Assembly (NCBI RefSeq): GCF_001194135.2
Contig: NC_068989.1
Coordinates: 37,878,954-37,942,953 of the forward strand
Direction: 5' to 3'
Source: Octopus bimaculoides
Lineage: Eukaryota
DNA: 64,000 nt
The position numbers were made by a program, and so were the translations under genes. The notes under the pieces are model-generated. The model ran no database searches. It saw nothing but the letters and a program-made list of their open reading frames with translations, and had not been told where the DNA came from. Positions 1-14,263 of this stretch are shown piece after piece. Numbering within the stretch: the stretch's first letter is position 1; every line of letters starts with the position of its first letter.

Positions 1-118
1 ACAAGGCTGCATGGCGTTTGATAATAAAAATAAATAAAAGATATACAGGACATCACCAACAAGTGAAAAATACATAAACACACAGAGATAAGACCTGTAT
101 GTAACAGGTATTTTTTCT

Positions 119-458
119 GGTTCAGTCCCACTGTGTGGCACCTTGGACAAGTGTTTTCTATTATAGCTTTGAGCTCACCAAAGCCTTGTGAGTGGATTTG
201 GTAGAAGGAAACTGAAAGAAGCCTGTCGTATATATATATATATATATATATATATGTTTGTGTGTCTGTGTTTGTCCCCCACCATTGCTTGACAACTGAT
301 GTTTGTATGTTTACGTCTCTGTAACTTAGCAATTTGGCAAAAGAGAGCGATAGAATAAGTACCAGGCTTACAAAGAATAAGTCCTGGGGTCGGTTGTTCA
401 ACTAAAGGTGGTGCTCCAGCATCGCCACAGTCAAATGACTGAAATAAGTAAAAGAATA
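119..458 (+). mobile_element. SINE type B, 5'-truncated, with internal (TA)n/(TG)n
   Basis: ggttcagtcccactgtgtggcaccttggacaagtg...tatagc head region recurs at 1380-1660, 4240-4375, 7200-7320 and 38040-38150; ends ...gtcaaatgactgaaataagtaaaagaat; no ORF. Confidence 0.75.
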
Positions 459-1379
459 TATATATAAATATAAAATACACTTTATTGAATTAAAAAAGTT
501 TCCCCAAAATTAAACATATTTATAGAAACTGACTTACACAAACATATGCACACATATATACATACAATTCACTCACATACATACTCTCACACAAATATTT
601 TACCCAAACATCCCCATGAACACTTCCAAACATTCACATACAAACATACATATTGACCCTTACACTAAAAATACAATAAATTTCAATAGACAATAAACTG
701 ACCCAAGCAGTTTTGGATGAATTTGGTTTATTTTTTTGATATCTCGTATCACTGAAGTATACGAAGTGTCTTTTTTCCTTTTTTTAAAAGACCTCAGGGA
801 GACTACTTTTATGAAATGCTGCAGTATAGAATGTGGCCCTCTTGAGCATGGGGTCCCCTTTGGCGCAGGGCCCAACTGGAAGCAATCGGTCCAATTAGCT
901 TAAGGCCAGTCCTAGCTATATTCTCATCATCATACGTTCTCATAAGATGCAACAAGACTGTGCTGCTAAGCATGGTGAAAATGTGAGAGCATATATGTAC
1001 TGATGGTTAAAGATCATAACTAGACACTTTTGTTTCACATTTGTCACACACACACACACCCGTCCTCATTATTTTAATATCTACTTTTCCATGCTTCCAT
1101 GGTTTTAATGAAAGTGCATTGAAGCAAGAGATTTTCTATGGCCAGATGACCTTGTTATCACTAAACCCGACTTACTACCAAATGAGGTAATGATATCCCA
1201 GTCTATCAAACAGCTAACAGCGTGGACATATTTTATGTGAGAAACTGGATGCAAACAATACCAGCAAGAAGCCATTGCTTACATGTACATGTACACAGAT
1301 ATGCATACACACACAAACACACACACACACAAACACACACTTATATATGATGGGCTTCTTCAATTTCTGTCTACTATAT

Positions 1380-1660
1380 CTACCCATAAAGCTTTGGTTG
1401 GTTTTGGGATATAGTAGAAGATATTTGCCCAATGTGCCATGCAGTGACACTGAACTTAAAACCATGTGGCTAGGAAGCATCCACATCGCCAAGCCTGCAT
1501 GAATATATGTGTGTGTACTTGACAGTTTCCTACCCTCTGCTATCTATCAAAGTTCACACACACAGTATTGGTTAACCTGATACTATAGTAGAAGACAATT
1601 GTTCAAGGTACTGCACTGTCAGATCAAACCCAAAAATATGTGAATCTCCTAACCATATGG
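1380..1660 (-). mobile_element. Two adjacent decayed SINE type B 5' fragments
   Basis: Reverse-complement similarity to 119-220 (tatagtagaaga(t/c)a(t/a)ttg...caa(t/g)gt motif occurs twice). Confidence 0.5.
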
Positions 1661-2829
1661 TAATGTGTGCACTTTCCTTTGTTTTGCTTTATTTTTTTTA
1701 TATGTATTGAGTGGTTTTCTTTGGAATTTCTCTCACTTCCCTGCTTATATATATATATTTTGTTTTAACTATAGCTTTCATTTCTCATACACTACAGTTA
1801 GTGTGTGATTGAAACAGTTATGCTTGATGAAATGACATTTTCTTTCAGTTGGCAGATAGATAAGACACTCCTTAGGAAAACAACTTCCATTATTCAGTTC
1901 TGCATAGGATCCCAGTTATGCAGCATAACAATTTATTGATGATAGATTAAGTTATTCTTGTGGAAGCAGGCTATTTTTTCTGTGGATAGGTATTTTTTTA
2001 ATGTGCAAATGTATAGATTAGTTAAATGTCTACTTGTATTTTGTTTTTAGCAACTACATTTTTTGGAAAGAAATTTAGAAAAACTGTAGAAGAACTGAAG
2101 AGTAAACTCTAGTGAAGTGAGCTGTTGCTTCTGGTGTATGCATTGCCATGTGGTCAAGAAGTTCAGACTGATGTTTGAAAGAAGAGAGTTTTTAGGCTGT
2201 ACAATACTTGAAAGTGCACTTTGTTTTTTTGTAGAGGATTCTTCACTGCTTTTTTGACAAAAGAAAAGCCACCTTACTGGTGATAATTATAAGCTGTGTT
2301 TTACAGTTTCTAAAATTACCATACTACTGTTTGTGAATCACTTACAGGTGGCTGGGTTATGGATTTTTGTGTGATGTATATGATAAATCATCTTTGGAAG
2401 ATAATTTCTGTTATTCACTTAGATATCTTAGATGGTTCATTGTAAAGAACATTTACAGTCAAGTATAGTTAAATCTGTACACTTACTGCTTTAAATCTAC
2501 TAGTGAGAAATTAATTCTGTAAATCATATATGGCTTTGGTAGCACCAAAAGTAGGAAATGAGACTCAATAAAGTTAAACTTACAATTAGTATATTAGTAC
2601 TAGCATATCTACTGTATGGAGCATTAAAAACTAACTGGAAAATAAATATATAGTAAAGAAAAATAATATAGGTTTTGATAAAGGTACAAGTACAAGGAAC
2701 AACTGTGGACATATTTGATATCATTCTGATCTCATCAACAAAGTGTAGTTTTCACAAAGTGGACTATTGTGCCTGAACATTATTTGTTGTTCAATAGACT
2801 TTTAAGTCTTACACTTTAGGTATACATGG

Positions 2830-3000
2830 ATGACACCAGTCTCAGTCAATTAAATTTGCTGCACTTTGATATTTTAATTCATCAACCTCCAAACAATAAA
2901 AGGCAAAATTGACCATAGTAGATTTTGAACACTGAATGCAAAAAAAACAGAACTAAATATCGTAAAACACTTTAATGACACCTAATTCTGTCAATCCACC
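2830..3000 (-). mobile_element. SINE type A fragment
   Basis: aaaggcaaaattgacc...attttgaac core matches the reverse complement of the type A copies at 40068 and 52604. Confidence 0.55.
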
Positions 3001-3955
3001 AGTTTATCAACTTTGCTATTAAGAATAAAATTATAACATTTTTTTGTCTCAGTTTGTAACATTGTAATTAAGAAGTTGATCAGTCAAATGGATAATTGAA
3101 AAAGTTTTCTGCAGTAATGAGATTATGCGATAGGATATATTAGTCAGACATCGCAGATTCACTGATACAAATTGACTGTGAAACTATTGGAAGATAAATA
3201 CTCCACCAATCTGCCTAAGTGAAGCCAGCATTGCATACAAAAATTAAACTCAGTGCAACAACAATGATAAAATAATTATAATGATCACTGGAAGAGAATT
3301 GGATTAACTTTGTCATTGTTTAAACCCAAGTCACTTTTAATTGCAAAGACTTATGATCAAAGATGTTCAAACCATAACTATTCCAGTTTTTTTATGTACG
3401 TAGTATTACAGTGTGCAATGTATTCTTCCTTTTTTAAAGACTGATAACGATAGTTATCATGATGAAGTTTTGAGTATTGAGAAGCTGATACAAATATCAA
3501 CAGATCAATTAATTGTCTATTGCTACCAAGATAAATGGAATTTGACTTGAATGATATTTAAAGGAAAAATGACAACTATTTCTTGCAGATCTTGCAAGTG
3601 TAGAGAAGCTCTCTTAAGGGTTTCATAGAATATCTTTGATTACATACAGTTAATAATAAAAGATTAATAATTAAATCATTTTAATAAACTAAGAATTTTT
3701 AAAACTGCATATGTTAAAGTAGGAACATACATACTGGTTTTATTTCTCTGGTTCTTTTATGTGAAAGTAAAAATATATTGTAGGTAGATTCTCACTCAGC
3801 ATGTTGCAGTTACATATTTACAAAAGTCTGTATGGCAGAAAACCAAGTCATTATATTCTAGCTTTGAACTTATTAGCATGGTTACCAAGCTTAATCTGTG
3901 AAATTAATCTACCCTGTTTCTCACCAGTTTATGCAATATCTGCTTAGTAATATTT

Positions 3956-4100
3956 ATGTCTTTATTGCCCACAGGGGGGGGGGCTAAACATAGAGGGAAC
4001 AAACAAGGACACACAAAAGGATTAAGTCAATTACATCGACCCAGTGCATAACTGGTACTTATTTAATCGAACCCAAAAGGATGAAAGGCAAAGTCAACTT
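3956..4100 (-). mobile_element. SINE type A-related fragment
   Basis: Core aattacatcgacccagtgcataactggtacttatttaatcgaacccaaaaggatgaaaggcaaagtcaac. Confidence 0.6.
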
Positions 4101-4880
4101 CTGCTTAGTAATATGTTTGCATATAACATTATGGGCATGTTGCTGTACTATAGTGCTTCAATAATATAACATGTGCAAGCATGGAAAATGGATATTAAAA
4201 ACAAAAGAATAAATGAAACATACACATACTTATGTGCAAGCACAGACACGGATATGCCATTAAGACGTTTGTTTCCCAACTGTGTACTTTCAAAATTCAG
4301 TCCTACTACAAGGCACAAACTGGATAGGTGCCTTGTACTATAGCCCCTGGCCAACCAAAATCTTGTGAGTGAAATATGTGGGCAAAATTAGCAATTATTC
4401 AACTGTAGATTTCATAACACTGACAGAGCAACCTGAATATGGCTGCTGTATCTGTGTTATTCAATATACAGTTAAATGATTACTAAGATTCTACATGAAA
4501 CCATTAGTAGCATATTAACAGCCATCATACAATTAAAAGAACTTATAAATCTACGAGTGTAGTATTGATTACTCACTTTCTTGTTTGTTACTTATATAAA
4601 ATATACGTGTATATGTGTGTGTGCAAGTGATATTGTTTACATTTGTGCGCTATGATAGTTACTATTAGCTATGTTATTGTCATCACTTCTCCTTTTAACA
4701 AATAACCCACTCATTTTGCATCTTTGTAGATGTGTGAAATAAGATGTCTCTTACTTGAAAACAGCTATAGCTCAGTGACAAGAAGAAAATCTAGGTATAA
4801 AACAGTACTTCAATATATTCATCTAACCCATACAAGCACGGAAAAGTGGGCATAAAACACTGACTCCGACACACACAAAT

Positions 4881-4882
<2 letters not shown>

Positions 4883-4941
<59 letters not shown>
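4883..4941. repeat. (CA)n microsatellite
   Basis: Direct reading. Confidence 0.95.
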
Positions 4942-4945
<4 letters not shown>

Positions 4946-5377
4946 TATTATGGTATTATGCAAACAACTAAGCTAGACGGATACATAAACTAATTTTATT
5001 AATTCCATTCTTTCTTTGATTTGAAAACTATAAAATTAATTGAAACTGAATAAAGTGAATAAGTTGAACAATAACGATACCAAAAGACTAGACACTAGCA
5101 TGTACCAACATTGTTAAGACCAGACAATATCATATTTTGTTGCTGCTTTTATTATTCTGTACTTTAAACTTGTTTACTACATTGATATTGACTAACTTTA
5201 TTTTAACAGTGCTGAGACAGGAAATGGTTCTCCTCATTTCATTTGTTAAGATCTTTTTCTACGTGATGCCTGCTATAGAAAAACAGATACAAATATTTAA
5301 TTATACTTACACAGTAAAGCAAATACATTCATTCTACATATTTCACAGACACACACACACACATATGTGCATGCACA

Positions 5378-5412
<35 letters not shown>

Positions 5413-5575
5413 ATATTAGGGACAAAATCCAAAATTACAGGTAAAAAACTCAATTAAAATCAATTTATAAAAAATTAAAATTAAATTGAGCCTTATAGAT
5501 AAAGTATATATAAAATATATAGTTTTAGGGAAAATAACCATCGATGAGTTCTTGAAAATTGGTTATTTTCCCTAA

Positions 5576-5634
5576 NNNNNNNNNNNNNNNNNNNNNNNNN
5601 NNNNNNNNNNNNNNNNNNNNNNNNNNNNNNNNNN
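5576..5634. other. Assembly gap (N run)
   Basis: Direct reading. Confidence 1.
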
Positions 5635-6185
5635 ATATATATGAGCATATGTATAGTATACAAATGTATGTCAGAGGAAGAAGAATTTCTTATTGTGGGA
5701 AAAGCGTATTTTTACTTTTTTTGAATTTACTACTATATTGTAAGTATTCCATGTCAACTACATTCACTTAAATTTTGCAATATTACCGGACTACTATACT
5801 GTTCTCCATGCATTAAATATGTCAGTACTAATATACTGATTGTAAGTTTAAATTAATTGAGTTTCATTTATCTTTGGTGCAATCAAAGCCATAAATGATC
5901 TCTAAAACTATAAAAGTCAGTTCATAGCATTTCATGCTGCTCTCTTTATGAATTTATTTAATACCATCAACAATAAGTTCAATATTATAAACTTTTTGAA
6001 ATTAAAGATGATCACATTTTTGTCGTATGTTATATGTTTGGAAAAATGTAGTTCTAGTGGAGTATAAACTGTTTCAATTGACATAAGATTTTAATCAAAG
6101 AAAGAGGCTGTGTATATCATTCTAATGAAGTACACAATCAGGAAGCAGTATCAAATTCTGTAGAATATGTTATTACTAAAATGTA

Positions 6186-6830
6186 CATCATCATCATCAT
6201 TTAACATCTGTTGTTCATGCTGGCATGGCTTGGATAGTTTGACCAGGGTTGGTAAGCTGAGGGGCTGCACCAGGCTCCAGTCTGATTTGGTATGATTTCT
6301 ATGGTTAGATGCCCTTAATGCCAACCACTCCAAGTATGTAATGGGTGCTTTATGTGCGAGTTGTGTGACACTAGTATCTGCCATGATTACAATTTCACTT
6401 GGCTTGATAGGTCTTCTTCTCAGGCACAGCATATTGCCGAAAGTCTTGGTCATTTGTCATTGCCTCTGTGAGGCCTAATGTTTGAAAGGTGATTTTTATG
6501 TACCCCTGGAACAGGTGCTGGTTATGCAACACTGGCACAGGTGCTAGTTACAAGGATAAGAATAGGCTGGGCATCAGCCACATTGTCTCCATAGGGCCCA
6601 ATACTCAAAAGGTGCTTTTTACGTGCCACCAGCAGGGGTGCCAATTACATGACACTGGCATTGGCCATGACTACAATTTCACTTGGCTTGACAGGTCTTC
6701 TCAAGCATGGCATATTGCCAAAGATCTCGGTCACTAGTCATTGCCTCCGTGAGGCCCAACGTTCAAAGATCATGCTTCACTACCTTGTCCCATGTCTTGC
6801 AGAGTCTACCTCTTCCACAGGTTCCCTCAA
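6186..6830 (-). mobile_element. RTE-clade LINE 3' end with (GAT)n tail and internal duplication
   Basis: Reverse complement matches 53940-54560, whose translation gives an RTE C-terminus; catcatcatcatttaacatc tail; unit at ~6393-6490 repeated at ~6677-6775. Confidence 0.7.
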
Positions 6831-6831
6831 C

Positions 6832-7045
6832 AGTTAGAGATTGGCACTTGTAAGATTGTGGTTTTGATTACAGGTGATGCATTGTGTTCTTGAGCCAGAC
6901 ACTGCATTTCACACTGCTACAGTCCACTCAACTGGCCAAAAAGAAATATCCCTGTGACAAACCAGCATCCTATCCAGGAGAGGAATATATATGCCACAGA
7001 ATCTGGGAAACCGACCTTGTGAGCCAATGGCTCAGGAAAGACCTT
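6832..7045 (+). mobile_element. tRNA-derived SINE type D, decayed
   Basis: Head shared with 20853-20960; 3' part (gggaaaccgaccttgtgagcc) shared with the reverse complement of 59726-59780. Confidence 0.5.
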
Positions 7046-10000
7046 TTACATATGCATATACTTTTATTCGTTTTATAGCCATGCAAGATATATTGTATAT
7101 ATATTCAATATGGATAAAGTTGTTATATATTTGTATATATGGAAATACTTATACAAATTTTTATGTATATTTTATATAAAAGTCTATATAAAAATATTTC
7201 CAATTATGAGTTCCACACCCATAAGGCATTAGTTAGCTTGTAGCTATCGTAGAAAACACTTGTTGAAGGTATCATGCAGACAGATAGAGCCAGAAACCAT
7301 CTGCATAGCCACGTCTGCATTAAATATAAATAACATTTGTTTTAGCTTCATCAAATGATTATTTGAAATCATTTGTTAAACAAGTGCAACCAAGAAAAAT
7401 ATTATTAATTAATTTTCTTTATCCCTTAGATCATATTTTTTGTATGTTTATAGAATACTACCATTGTCATGCTGCATATATTTTCCCACAAAGCAAGCAT
7501 TTTACTGAGTCACCAGCACTTGACAGGTTTTGTGTCAGGACTCCTTTCTACTCAGCAAAAGTTTATAGTTTCTGAAATTTTAGATATGGTTTTCTTGTTT
7601 AGAAGTTTATTTTATAGTCAAGTGCCTCTGTGTTTGATCTCACTATGTGACATCTTGGTCATGTATATCTAACCATAGCATTTGATCAACTAAGTTTCAT
7701 GTATGAAATAAAGTAGAGAGAAATTATGAAGAAGGCCTTGGGCTATAATGGTTATTGAGTTTTAGACTTGGGTACCTTTAGCAAAGTGTATGTTATTGCA
7801 AGTGGTCTGACCAGGTCTTAAGTATGAAGATAATCCATGAATTATGAGATGTTCCTCTCTTCCACTCACCTGTCTCAGAAATTCTGTGTAAAAAATTCAT
7901 AGGTGATGCTTTCCATCCTAATTAAGCAATACATATATGTACATGAAGTATTGAGTTAGTGGTTTTATAGTTAAAACTAAAAACTTTCCTAACTCAAGTC
8001 ACTCAATGAAAAGAATATATATGAAATTAGACAATACAAATTAGCAGTCATTTGAAATGACTTTTATATAGTCATGAAGTGGTAGTTAGGTTTTTTCTCT
8101 TTTAGAGGGAGCATATAGATTGATAGCTTTGCCTGAAATCTTAAAAAATGTCAGGAGGCTAAGTAACTTATAAATATTTTATTTATTTATATAATATATT
8201 ATATTAATTTTAATACTTGTATAATATTACTGTAATAACATGATATAATATATTATTTATAATGTTGTTCTGTTGACTTTAAGTATATATGTTTAACTCT
8301 GTCCATTCTAGTGATGGCACAACCAAATGAAACCAGTTATTTTCTTACACAGGTAGCTTAGTTTGAAAAGAAACTAGCAGTTAAAGTTACAATGAATATC
8401 TTTGATAGATTTGGATATAGCAGGAGGAGGGATAAGTTAAATAAGTTAGATAGTGGCTAGAGGAGAAAATTGTTTGACAGGACATTTAAATAGTTAAGTC
8501 AGTTTACTTCTTAGAAATTTCTTTCATCAGCAACTCTTGAAGTAAAAACTTTTTCTAAAACCTTCTTATAGTCATTGTATTATGAGTATAGTCTGGAGAC
8601 ATTGATGGCAAATTGCTTAACTGTTAAAAGGTTAGTAGTATTAGAAACATACAGCTGCAATTAAACAGGTATCAACGATTCTCCCAATTTGTAAAAGAAA
8701 AAAAATATTTGACTCAGTCCAGAATATATAAATGGATGTACAACAGAAAATAGAAAATATAATTTTCTCAAAATATGGTTTTACATGAAAATATGTCTCA
8801 TATATATATATATATAAAAAAAAGGAAAAAAAAAAGATTAATCAAAGTAAAACCTCACAGTCAAAAGTTCAAAATTAAAATTTCTTGAAACCATTTTGAA
8901 GAAAAAGAAATTCAAAAAAATATAGCAAAATATTTCGAAGAGCCTAAATCCAAAAATGTAATTAATATTGAATGTATCTGATTGTGAAGTTAGTTACTGT
9001 TTAAGGTCAATTTTCTGAAACCTGTCAGAATCTGGTTTGAGTGTATATAGTATAGTAAATAAATAATACTCTATCATAAATATAATCAAAATACTGAAAA
9101 AAAAAAAGACGAAACAAAAATATTATAAAACACAATCATTATTGGGAGATGGTTGGAGAAAGTTGAAGAGTAGACTAAAAGAATGGGAAGAGAGAGTTAG
9201 ATGGAATGATGGCAGAAATGTTAAGAGTGATTAGAATTTTATTTTATGCTGTAGGAAAACAAGTAGAACAAATGAGATTCAAATTATGTCTGTGAGGAAT
9301 AAGAGAGATCAAAGAAGTATAGGATACAAGGAGAATGGAATTAGAGAAAATAGCAATAACTGCAATGATGTGTAATACAAAACAGGGAAAAATTTATTTA
9401 CTACTTTTTTTTTCTTTAGATATTTTTCTTTTACTGATTTTATCAGTTTAAGAAACATTTAATAAAACTAATTTCTTTACTAATATTCAGATATTCAGAA
9501 ATATTACGCGTTTGACATCATGAAACAACTATAAGAACTATAAATAATGTTTTTTTCTAAATAACAGTATACCAAAGGTGATATAAAAGTACAAGCATTT
9601 TTCTGAGAACTATGAAACTAAATGAATTAAAATGTATTCACAAAATATGTTAAAAACGACATGTAAAAATTAACAAGATTTTCCTGTTGAGAGTAATAAG
9701 ACATGATGTAATTTAAATAGAAAAGAGCTTTGGTGCATTTACATGGAAAATAGTTTAAGAATCATAGCTGAAAAAGATGAGAATACTGATATATAAATAT
9801 ATATATTTATATATGTTGATGTTTCTAGAAATGTAATTATTTGTTGTTGAAATTCACCTTGAACTTCCCTTTATGTCTATATATCATTTTTATATCATAT
9901 TGATGATGCTTGCTTTATGAAGGTAATCTCAGCTTCATAAATGATACCTTTTGCACTGCTAGAGTTTTTCACTGAACATGCATCATTGTTGCTGGAATGT

Positions 10001-11099
10001 TATTCAAAATCTGGAAGTTTACAAAAATGGATATGATATCCTCATCGGCAAGAAAATCAACATGACCATTATCTATAACGTCCTCAAAATTCTGCATAAT
10101 GATCTTCAGTTATATACCAGATCAGGGATTTTTGGGAAATTCAAACGTTTTGAGAAGCATATGTTATAGAACCACACTGTATCATCTTTACCAGACTAAC
10201 ACACATACACTTGCAAATGTATGTGCACATTCTTACTTTTCTGGTTCCCCTTCCATTTTTCACATTTTTCATTCTTCCTCTTGCTCTCACCCTTCTATTT
10301 TTGATTCATTTATTTTCACACTTTTCTACTTGTCTTTTATTAATCTCTTTCCTTTTCTATTTTGACCTATTATTGATTTATTTTTCACATTACATCTTGA
10401 GATTTCATTGTACTGTCAAGGGGGTATATCTCATTTTTACCATCTAAGAGTTGTACACCCTAACGGAAATGGAAATGGCAAAGTTGAGACAAATAAAGAA
10501 CATAACTTGATAAGTATCCACTAACAGGAAAGTTAAAGTAACAACAATGGAAAATCTGTAATTTATATTACTATGTGTCTGTGAGTAACACATGTATATG
10601 TGATGCATATGTGTTTGTGCTCATATGCCCACACGTATGAGTTTGTATGTGAACATGTTTATCTTCATGTGTATGCACATGTACTAAAGTACAAATATCC
10701 TTTATACTATCATATAACTACACACTGATTCCCCATATGCTTGATAAATCTGTCTTTTGCTCTTCCTATCATAGTTCTCCACCATGAAACAATTCTACTA
10801 TTGAAAAATACATTAAGTCAAAAGTATAAAACTCAAGTACTTATTCATGCTTATATCATAGAGCACACAAAAATTGAAAATCAGAATGAGCATCAAAGCC
10901 AGCCATTTATTATTCTTTTAACAATATTATTTTGGCATTTTTATGACTTTTCTTCTCATACTCATTGCATTGTGGTTAGCTTTGATCTGAGGTATTTAAC
11001 AATATGAATATGTTTATAACTTGTACATGCAAAGCATACAAATGTTTCAGAAGTCTTGTCATTTTGCAATTATATAACTAAACACATTTAAAACAAATA

Positions 11100-11390
11100 A
11101 CATTCATATGTATGTATGTATGTATGTATGTATGTGTGCATGTATGTGCAGATTTGTATGTTTTATGTATGTATTCTCATGCATATAGTTAAATATCTAG
11201 ACATGCTCATATACATTTAAATGATAAACTGGCAAGTTTTACAGAATTTTACAGTTCCAGTGATGGATTGGATCTGTGGTCTTCGAATTAGCTTTCTCCT
11301 TTCTGGTTTTGAGATGCCTAATTTTTTAAGATTGGTATTTAGGCAGTGTGTTACATATCCCAGGGCCTCAATAATTACAAGTATAAGCCT
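11100..11390 (-). mobile_element. 3' end of an RLE (restriction-like endonuclease) non-LTR retrotransposon, R4/NeSL-like, with (CATA)n tail
   Basis: Minus frame LILVIIEALGYVTHCLNTNLKKLGISKPERRKLIRRPQIQSITGTVKFCKTCQFII* resembles the P-hhhGALG...L.KLG...Q...GT C-terminus of RLE LINEs; followed by a short UTR and CATA repeats. Confidence 0.6.
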
Positions 11391-11601
11391 GATGTATGTA
11401 TGCATGCATGTATATACACACACATACACGCATGCACATGTGTGCACACTCTTTTGGAATTAGATATTTGATTCTGGAACCGTTAGGGGAATCTTCATCA
11501 GTTTATTTCTTACCATTGTGGATTGAACTGGTTTAGGTTATTTATTTTGATGAAAATAGTTTTTAGGTGACCCTGTAAATTTAACAGTATAGGATAGATA
11601 C

Positions 11602-11641
<40 letters not shown>

Positions 11642-13402
11642 CACAATCATTCACTCACTGCTGTGGGTGAATAATATCTAATGGTCAGTATTTATTTTTG
11701 CTCAACCACTTCTATATCCTTCAGCTTATTCAATTCTTGACTAAATTACATCAGGTTAAGGACACTGAAAACGTCCCATTCTCCACCATATTCTGAGATA
11801 TATGTAAATATGGGTTGGTTAAAAATGAATTATGATAAAAGTAATTGTTTAAATGCGAGAAATTACCATGTAGAAGCAGTATAGTTTCTTAATTTTTCCA
11901 TTGCTCTTGCTTTTATTACACATAAATTAAACATCTCAATGAGATGAATCGAATTCCATAAGCCTCATCAAAATTTAAGTCGTAGAAAATTACTTACATG
12001 TCAAAAAGTTGTCAAATCAGAAGGGGAGTAATACCTATCATCTTCAAACCATTATATCTTTGTTATTTAAAAGATTTTTTCAAAATACTTCAGTTTAAGT
12101 AAAGGAGCAAAACGAGAAGAATCGATTTCTGTGAATCTCATTTAAAAATTGGTGTAGAACAAAATGTGTGTGTAGGAGCAGAGTGGCTCTGCAAAAGGCA
12201 ACCACTCCCCAGTAGAAAAAATGTGCATAAAAAATGTGTGTGTGGGGGCTGCTTTGGCAAAAACTGATCTAATTTGAATGAAAATAAAGCCTAAATTTTT
12301 TTTATGGTGTCTCTGTTATTTTAGTATTTTAGAATAAAAAATAAATGTATAGTTAATCTATAAAAGATCAAATGAGAAGAATCTAACTGAAAAGTGTGTC
12401 TAACTGAAAACTTCTGAAGTAAAAATTACCAAATTTGAGTGTGGTCACAATATATTTTGGTACATTGAAAGCTTTGTAAATAAACTTAAGTGCAAAATGT
12501 GCAAAGAGTGGTAACACTACACTTGTTTCAAATTTTGACTGGTTTCAGTTTGGTTCCAGCTAGTTGTTTGCATGGTGTAAGAATTTTGAAGGGTAGCACT
12601 GTACAAATTAACAATTTTTGGAATTCTCAACATGTTGAAAGTATGTATATTTAAATCATTTGTAGAGAGTGGATTTTAGGTGCAAAATGTAATGTGTTTA
12701 TGTGCATGTTTACGTGCAAAAGATATCAACATGCTTCATTCAAATTTAATGTTCTATTTAATGAGCTTAAATTGGAATATTTATGTCTTAAATCTAAGAA
12801 TAATCTTATAATCTAATAATATTATATTCTAAATAATCTATGAATGATCTTATTCTCAAAGAAACTTGGCAATTTTTATGATTCATTGAAAATAAATTAT
12901 TCCAAGATTTAAGGCATAAATATGCCAATTTAAGCTCATTAAATAGTACATTTCATTTGTTGTTCTCAAAATAGGATTTATATTTTAATTGTTTAATTGT
13001 TAGGCCAAGAAATGTTTTCTATATATATATTTCCATACAAAATGGTAAAAATTAATCAATACAGATAATAGTCACAAATATGACTTCTAAGTAGCAAAAT
13101 TAGGGATCTGAATTATATTAGAAAAAAAATTAATGAAATATATCAAAATTTGATAAATTAATGGAATTGAGCATTAAAATTTATCGTTCACAAATTTATT
13201 ACATAAAAAAAATATTTTTTATTCTTATTTAAATGATTTAAAAATTGATCATTTGAATATCAATTGCAGAGAAAAATTTCAAAATGCTTTTAAAAATATT
13301 AAGAATTTATAAAAATTTGGTTTTGGTAATTTAGTTTCAAAATTTTTTTTAGATAGCTCCTTACTCTTCTTTTTTTTTCCTACGACTCTTCTCTTTATAA
13401 TC

Positions 13403-13612
13403 ATGTCTGGATGTGGCAAGGGCAGCAAAGGTTTGAGCAAAGGAAGTGCTAAGTAATGTGGTAAAATTCTATATTATAATAGCAAAAGTCCACTCAGCTA
13501 ACTATCTGATGCTTGGTTTGTCATGGTGGGTGTAAAGCACACCTTGGGCCTGGTCTATGATAAGACTAGCAGTGTGTCCAAGATGTTTCTCAAAAAATGT
13601 ACACTTGATCAG
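13403..13612 (+). pseudogene. H4: Truncated histone H4 pseudogene
   Basis: MSGCGKGSKGLSKGSAK*CGKIL..N then, after small indels, VKHTLGLVYDKTSSVSKMFLK aligns to H4 [26 protein letters not shown]...[21 protein letters not shown]; stop codon, indels and loss of the last third. Confidence 0.9.
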
Positions 13613-14095
13613 AACCCTTTTATCTCAAAATGGTCAGCTCATGTTTGATGATACTGCTTTCTGACTGGCACCATTCAATTAATTTACGGTATTTTACTGG
13701 TATTCTTTCTTTTGTCTTGGGTCTCCCATTGGAATATTTATATAATCTACTTTTTATCAGTTTATGAAATCGACTTTTGACTGCAAGTTTAAACATTTGA
13801 AATGGAAAAAAAAAAAAAAACCCATTAGCTTTTATATTTTTGAGTTTTTCCCTGTAATAGGGGTGGTCTAGCAGGGACAATGTGGGTACATGATTGATAA
13901 TATTGTTAATTATTGAACCTGGAAACTACAGGATAAGAAGTGAAGCTTAAGATACTGCAGTAGTAGTTTCAGATGTTCATGTATAGGTGTAGGCACCAAC
14001 ATACACACACACCATCATCATCATCATCACCGTCATCTTCATTGTCATCATCATTGCTTTGTTTCCTTATCACACTGACATGGATTGGAGTACAT

Positions 14096-14126
<31 letters not shown>

Positions 14127-14228
14127 AATACTCTCACACACATGCATATATGTCTATATCTACATATATCTAATTATCTACCTATCCATTCATTCATCTT
14201 ATATCTATCTATCTATGTATCTATCTAA

Positions 14229-14263
<35 letters not shown>

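Noticed and set aside
9963-10169. Protein-like ORF SFSLNMHHCCWNVIQNLEVYKNG...
   Set aside because: No recognisable family, competing open frames on both strands, and no partner exon; cannot be supported without expression data
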